DNA of 64,000 nucleotides from Microgenomates group bacterium RBG_16_45_19 (GTDB lineage: Bacteria > Patescibacteriota > Microgenomatia > UBA1400 > RBG-16-45-19). The notes beneath the pieces were generated by a model that saw only the letters and a program-made list of their open reading frames with translations, was not told the origin of the DNA and did no database searches. Made by a program: the position numbers and the translations under genes. The stretch covers positions 21,869-85,868 of the forward strand of contig MHDC01000040.1 of assembly GCA_001803415.1 (NCBI GenBank). The letters are read 5' to 3'. Shown here piece after piece: positions 59,632 to 64,000 of this stretch. The stretch's first letter is position 1. Each line of letters opens with the position of its first letter.

Positions 59632-60741
59632 ATGATTAAGTTACTGCCCAAACTAATCGGGAGCTTTGTCTCCATTTTCGGTCTAGCTTTATTGGTCTCA
59701 CCGGTATTTGCCGGGACTTTGACTAATATCAGCGTCGACTTAAGTAATCCAGAACAAGGTGAGAATACCTATCATACCGTTTCCTTTAAAACCGACACCG
59801 CCGCCAGTTTAAAGTATATTACCATGGACTATTGTAAAACTCCCTCCGGTAACTGCGTCGCTCCCACTAACTTGGATACTTTAAGTGCCGACAAGGGGAC
59901 TCTAACCGGTTTCACCGACAGCGGCAACTGGACTTTAGATGTGGCCGACGATGATAATCCGGCCTTGGAACACTCGACTGGTACCGAGTCGGTCTCTGCG
60001 GATACCCAGTTGACCATTGAGATGCAGGACGTTGACAACAACAGTATTGCCGGCGGAGCCGCTGACTGTTTAAACGATGGTGAATCGTCCAGCGACACTT
60101 GTTATATCCGCTTTACTACCAAAAATGGATCGGATGCCCAAGTTGATATTGGCACCGGTTCTTATACCGTGGTAACCGGCGTCACCGTCACTGCTACTGT
60201 TGATCCGAGCTTTACCTTTGTGGTGTCCGGTCAAAATACGGGTGCAGTCAATAACGGTATCACCGCCTCGGTCAATTCCACCTACAACACTTTACCCTTC
60301 GGTAACTTGTCGGTCGGTACCCCTAAGTACGCTGCTCATAAATTAAACGTCACCACCAACACTCAAAACGGCTACTATATCTACATGCGGATGGATAACC
60401 AGATGACTGGTGTCTACTCTTCCAATAACATCGACCCCTTCGGGGCACCCTCAGCTGCTTGGAATAATCCAGTGGCTTGGGTTGAACCTACTGGGGCTAC
60501 TCCCAATGACAACACCGGTTGGATCGGGGCCAACACTACCGATACCGACGTTCCCAACTGGGCTAGCGCTTCCGAGCTCTTCGGACCGGTTAATGCTACC
60601 GATAACGCGGTCATGACCAAAGCTACCGCTGACAATGGTACTTACTCGGTTTATGTTACCTACGCCCTTGAGTCTAACGTTTTTCAACCCGCCGATACCT
60701 ACACTGGGACGGTGCTCTATACCGCCACACCCACCTACTAA
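59632..60741 (+). CDS. Secreted Thr/Asn/Asp-rich surface protein 1 (shares a C-terminal domain with 60828..62597)
   Basis: 369 aa. Signal peptide (LALLVSPVFA|GT). The roughly 190-aa C-terminal domain is clearly homologous to that of the next gene (NGIT.S..ST.NTLPF..L..GTPKYAAH, NNIDPF, NDNTGWIGANT, Y..YALE.NV.QP.D.Y.G..LY...PTY). No TM anchor and no LPXTG motif. Confidence 0.7.
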   Translation: MIKLLPKLIGSFVSIFGLALLVSPVFAGTLTNISVDLSNPEQGENTYHTVSFKTDTAASLKYITMDYCKTPSGNCVAPTNLDTLSADKGTLTGFTDSGNWTLDVADDDNPALEHSTGTESVSADTQLTIEMQDVDNNSIAGGAADCLNDGESSSDTCYIRFTTKNGSDAQVDIGTGSYTVVTGVTVTATVDPSFTFVVSGQNTGAVNNGITASVNSTYNTLPFGNLSVGTPKYAAHKLNVTTNTQNGYYIYMRMDNQMTGVYSSNNIDPFGAPSAAWNNPVAWVEPTGATPNDNTGWIGANTTDTDVPNWASASELFGPVNATDNAVMTKATADNGTYSVYVTYALESNVFQPADTYTGTVLYTATPTY

Positions 60742-60764
60742 ACTTAGCCTCATCTAACCCACCA

Positions 60765-60788
60765 ACGCCCCGGAATCGGGGCGTTTTT
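60765..60788 (+). terminator. Rho-independent terminator
   Basis: ACGCCCCG-GAAT-CGGGGCGT, a perfect 8-bp GC-rich stem with a 4-nt loop, followed by TTTT. It begins 24 nt after the stop codon. Confidence 0.85.
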
Positions 60789-60791
60789 GTC

Positions 60792-60821
60792 TTGGCAAAA
60801 TTTACTCAACTTGACTATAAT
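60792..60821 (+). promoter_or_regulatory. Promoter of surface-protein gene 2
   Basis: TTGGCA (60792-60797), 18 nt, TATAAT (60816-60821), 6 nt before ATG 60828. Confidence 0.55.
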
Positions 60822-60827
60822 TAGTCT

Positions 60828-62597
60828 ATGCTTGGCCGTCTGCTCCTCTTACTTATCTGTCTATTCCTCTGCCTTTACCGACCAACTTTAGTCCGAGCCG
60901 ATTTTACCGCCAAGCTCTCCCAGCAAATTAACCTTATTGATCAAGAATATTCCACCGACGGCAGTACCCAACCCACCGACAATGGCCTGGGTTTAATTTT
61001 CTGGGATGACGACCGTTACACTACTCCGACCGTTTATTTTGAAGCCATTATTCGCTGTGACGCCTGCTCCGGCGGCAACAATCAGGTGACGGCGGCACTC
61101 TATACCGTCGGTGGTGCCGCTGTCTCTGGCGCTGACGTCTCTTATGATCAATCCGGTTATACCCGAGTCCGTACCGCTTCGGCCGTTTCCCTAACCGACG
61201 ATCAAGAATATACCGTCCGCTTAAGTCGCGATGCCGATACCGGTACGGCCTATATCAAGACCGCCCGCCTAATCATCAACCAGAACAGCACCAACCTCAC
61301 CGCCACCCAGACTCAAGTGGAAATCGGTAATGCCGACACCACCACCGCCACCAGTTATGAAATTATGACCGCCCCTAAAATCTTCCGCTTCGACGACGAC
61401 GTTTACGACCCCCTAACCGCCGTTTACTTTGAAGCCACCTTAGTTGGATCAGACGGCAGCGCCACTGCCTATGCCTCGCTCTCCGCCGCCAGCGACTGTG
61501 CCAGCACCGTCACCGATTCTGAAGTCTCGGTCACCGGCACTACTTGGGATCGAGTCAGAACCAATGATCTAAAAGCCAACCTCAGCGATGACACTGACTA
61601 CTGGGTCTGTCTCAAAACTACCAGCGGTGATACCGGCTCGATGGCTACCGCTAAATTAGCTATCAACCAGTCTGATACCGACGGCTTGATGCGGGTTCAA
61701 CTATATCACCACTTTAATCAAACCTTGGCCACCGACGCCGACACCACCTATACCAGCCAGGACTATCCCAATGAATACGATCCCTCCCTTTTTGAGGCCG
61801 ATGAGTTGGCGGTTTACCTGGAACTTAGCCTTAGTACCTCAGCCGGTACCGGTTATGGCCGCCTCTATAATGTCAGCGATAACACTGCCCTTACCAGTAC
61901 CGAACTCACCTCCGATACTCCCGGCTTCACCCGTGTCCGGTCGTCAAGTCCCATCAATACCTCACTTCCGGCCGAAGCTAAAGACTTGGATCTCCAGCTT
62001 AAAAATTCGGCTACCAATACTACCAGCGCCACCACTGGTTGGTTAATTCTCGATGTCATCCGTTACCCCGACCCGGAGTTGAGTTTTGCTTGGACCGGCG
62101 TCGCCGCCTCTCAGACTCATAACGGCATTACTACTTCAATTGAGAGTACTATTTCCACTTTACCCTTTGACCTGCTCGCCCCCGGGACTCCCAAATATGC
62201 CGCCCATGCCTTAACCGCCGCCACTAACGCCGCTTCCGGCTATGCGGTCACTCTCAAGTTAACCAATTATCTTCAAGGTAATTATCCGGCTAATAACATC
62301 GACCCTTTCTCCGCCACCTGGTCCAGCCCGCAAACCTGGTCGTCACCCACTGGCACCACCGCTAACGATAATACTGGTTGGATTGGAGCCAATACCTCAG
62401 ACACCCGCCTGCCGGCATGGAGTGACGCCGCCGCCAAGTTCGCTGGCTTGGGTGGGTCCGAATACACCGTCATGGCGGCTTCGGGTGTTGACAGCGGTAC
62501 CACTATCTATGTCTCTTATGCTCTAGAAGTCAATGTGGTCCAGCCCCCAGACGAGTATTCTGGCAGTCTTCTCTATAACCTCCTCCCGACTTACTAG
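60828..62597 (+). CDS. Secreted surface protein 2: three tandem ~130-aa modules plus the shared C-terminal domain
   Basis: 589 aa. Signal peptide (LYRPTLVRA|DF). Three internal repeats, then a C-terminal domain homologous to protein 1. Confidence 0.7.
   Translation: MLGRLLLLLICLFLCLYRPTLVRADFTAKLSQQINLIDQEYSTDGSTQPTDNGLGLIFWDDDRYTTPTVYFEAIIRCDACSGGNNQVTAALYTVGGAAVSGADVSYDQSGYTRVRTASAVSLTDDQEYTVRLSRDADTGTAYIKTARLIINQNSTNLTATQTQVEIGNADTTTATSYEIMTAPKIFRFDDDVYDPLTAVYFEATLVGSDGSATAYASLSAASDCASTVTDSEVSVTGTTWDRVRTNDLKANLSDDTDYWVCLKTTSGDTGSMATAKLAINQSDTDGLMRVQLYHHFNQTLATDADTTYTSQDYPNEYDPSLFEADELAVYLELSLSTSAGTGYGRLYNVSDNTALTSTELTSDTPGFTRVRSSSPINTSLPAEAKDLDLQLKNSATNTTSATTGWLILDVIRYPDPELSFAWTGVAASQTHNGITTSIESTISTLPFDLLAPGTPKYAAHALTAATNAASGYAVTLKLTNYLQGNYPANNIDPFSATWSSPQTWSSPTGTTANDNTGWIGANTSDTRLPAWSDAAAKFAGLGGSEYTVMAASGVDSGTTIYVSYALEVNVVQPPDEYSGSLLYNLLPTY
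60903..62063 (+). repeat. Three tandem protein-level repeats (~130 aa each) within surface protein 2
   Basis: Recurrent landmarks are TVYFEAII / AVYFEATL / AVYLELSL, then YTRVRT / WDRVRT / FTRVRS, then ARLIINQ / AKLAINQ / GWLILDV. Approximate units are aa 26-152, 153-282 and 283-412. Confidence 0.7.
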
Positions 62598-62656
62598 CTT
62601 TTGAACTAGACAGGCTGAGCCACACTTGTTATTCTAAATGAGTAAAGGACCTGCCC

Positions 62657-64000
62657 ATGAGTCACTCACCGCCGCTTATTGCCTGGTTTAAAGATATCAG
62701 TAAGTCAGATTTACCTCTGGTTGGCGGTAAAGGCGCCAACTTAGGCGAAATGTTCTCGGCTCATATTCCCGTGCCTGATGGATTTTGTGTCACCGCGCCG
62801 GCCTATTACCAATTCCTCGAAGCCACCCAACTTCAAACTAAAATTAGAGCCATCCTTAAAGATTTAGACGTCAACCAAAATACCGCCCTCTTTACCGCCA
62901 GTCGTCGCATTAAACAGCTAATTGTCCAGGCGCCCATGCCTGAGGCTATCCAGGCTGCCATTATCGACCATTACCACCAATTCCCTCACCCCAATGAAGC
63001 AGTTGCCGTTCGTTCCTCGGCTACGGCTGAAGATTTACCTGATGCCTCCTTTGCCGGCCAGCAAGCTACCTATCTCAACATTCAAGGTGACGAGGCGGTC
63101 GTCAAGGCTGTCCAAAAATGTTGGGCTTCCCTATTTGAGGCTCGGGCTATTTTTTATCGCCAGGAAAAGGGCTTCAATCATTTTAAGGTCGGCATCGCCG
63201 TCCCCATCCAACGGATGGTTCAATCAGACGTTTCCGGGGTCATGTTTACCGTCAATCCGGTCAACAACGACCCCTTTATTATCATTGTCGAATCCGTGTA
63301 CGGCCTGGGTGAAATGATTGTTCAGGGCTCGGCTACGCCCGACCACTTTGAAGTCGATCGCCAAAAATGGACTATCCGCCACAAAGAAATCAGCCGCCAA
63401 ACGGCCCAGCTTACCCGAGTTTCCGGTCTGACCAAAGTCCGCCCGGTCCCGGTCAATAAGCAGTCTCGTCAAAAAGTTAGTGATGAGGTTATTCTCAAGG
63501 TCGCTAAACTCGGCCAGAAACTTCAAGATCATTACCACTTTCCCCAAGATATTGAATGGGCTTACGAAAACGGCGAAGTTTACATCGTCCAAACTCGGCC
63601 GATCACTACTATGACGGCGGTGGGCAAGAAGACCGACCAGGTCATTGGGGAAATTGCCGAAATCGTCGGCCTCCCCCCTAAAGCGCTGCTGTCTGGTTCA
63701 CCAGCTAGTCCGGGCATTGTCACCGGGGTTGTCAAAATTATCAAAGATCCTAAAGATAACGATTTGGTTGAGAAAGGTGACATTCTGGTTGCCCCCATGA
63801 CCACGCCGGATTTCGTCCCGGCCATGAAACGGGCGGTGGCGATTGTCACTGACCAGGGCGGCCAGACTTCCCATGCCGCCATTGTCTCTCGAGAACTGGG
63901 TGTCCCTTGTGTCGTCGGCACTCAAAACGCCACCAAAAAACTAAAAAATCACCAACTGATCACTGTTGATGCCAGTGCCGGGGTCGTTTATCCTGGTCGC
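62657..64000 (+). CDS. ppsA: Phosphoenolpyruvate synthase (pyruvate, water dikinase), N-terminal 448 codons; 3' end off-window
   Basis: Not in the ORF track because it has no stop in the window. I translated frame 2 from ATG 62657 to 64000 with no stop codon. GGKGANLGEM, VAVRSSATAEDLPDASFAGQQ, DIEWAYENGEVYIVQTRPIT, phospho-His loop GGQTSHAAIVSRELGVPCVVG. Confidence 0.93.
   Translation, partial: MSHSPPLIAWFKDISKSDLPLVGGKGANLGEMFSAHIPVPDGFCVTAPAYYQFLEATQLQTKIRAILKDLDVNQNTALFTASRRIKQLIVQAPMPEAIQAAIIDHYHQFPHPNEAVAVRSSATAEDLPDASFAGQQATYLNIQGDEAVVKAVQKCWASLFEARAIFYRQEKGFNHFKVGIAVPIQRMVQSDVSGVMFTVNPVNNDPFIIIVESVYGLGEMIVQGSATPDHFEVDRQKWTIRHKEISRQTAQLTRVSGLTKVRPVPVNKQSRQKVSDEVILKVAKLGQKLQDHYHFPQDIEWAYENGEVYIVQTRPITTMTAVGKKTDQVIGEIAEIVGLPPKALLSGSPASPGIVTGVVKIIKDPKDNDLVEKGDILVAPMTTPDFVPAMKRAVAIVTDQGGQTSHAAIVSRELGVPCVVGTQNATKKLKNHQLITVDASAGVVYPGR

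Overview
Gene-dense bacterial chromosome segment, about 50% GC by eye, with almost no non-coding DNA. No rRNA, CRISPR array, transposase or integrase was seen. The gene content and style fit a reduced, fermentative, uncultivated lineage such as Patescibacteria/CPR; this is inference only. Left to right: gatA (partial), gatB, dnaE, pyrG, rplS, tRNA-Lys(UUU), tRNA-Glu(UUC), a VIT-family transporter, argS, and a canonical F1Fo operon atpBEFHAGDC (10445-16526). Next come a holA-like gene and a long central-carbon/fermentation cluster: phosphohexomutase, IMPase-like, HAD, PGI/PMI, a degenerate PpsA-like protein, eno, gpmI, ADP-forming acetyl-CoA synthetase, and 2-oxoacid:ferredoxin oxidoreductase. 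Then DedA and an SOS/NER cluster (lexA, uvrB, uvrA, a transglutaminase-like exoprotein, a short uvrC). A low-GC islet follows, holding a ParB-like gene interrupted by one in-frame TAG, then a DUF360-like membrane protein, secG and an orphan family-5 solute-binding protein. The most unusual part is 44.7-62.6 kb. It holds a second, complete-looking F-type ATPase gene set (c-like, b, delta, alpha, gamma, beta, short epsilon; 47911-55252) with no a-subunit gene. Its c-like subunit is the C-terminal tail of a 656-aa secreted Ig-like-domain protein and lacks the ion-binding carboxylate. This operon is bracketed by two paralogous DUF2723/TMEM260-like GT-C membrane glycosyltransferase-like genes. It is followed by an orphan TraD/VirD4-like P-loop ATPase and two secreted paralogous surface proteins with the strongest expression signals in the window. 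The window ends in a bona fide ppsA (partial). Many genes carry a TATAAT/TACAAT box only 5-10 nt upstream of the start codon, which suggests widespread leaderless or near-leaderless transcription. All calls come from reading the ORF translations and the DNA; no database search was run.
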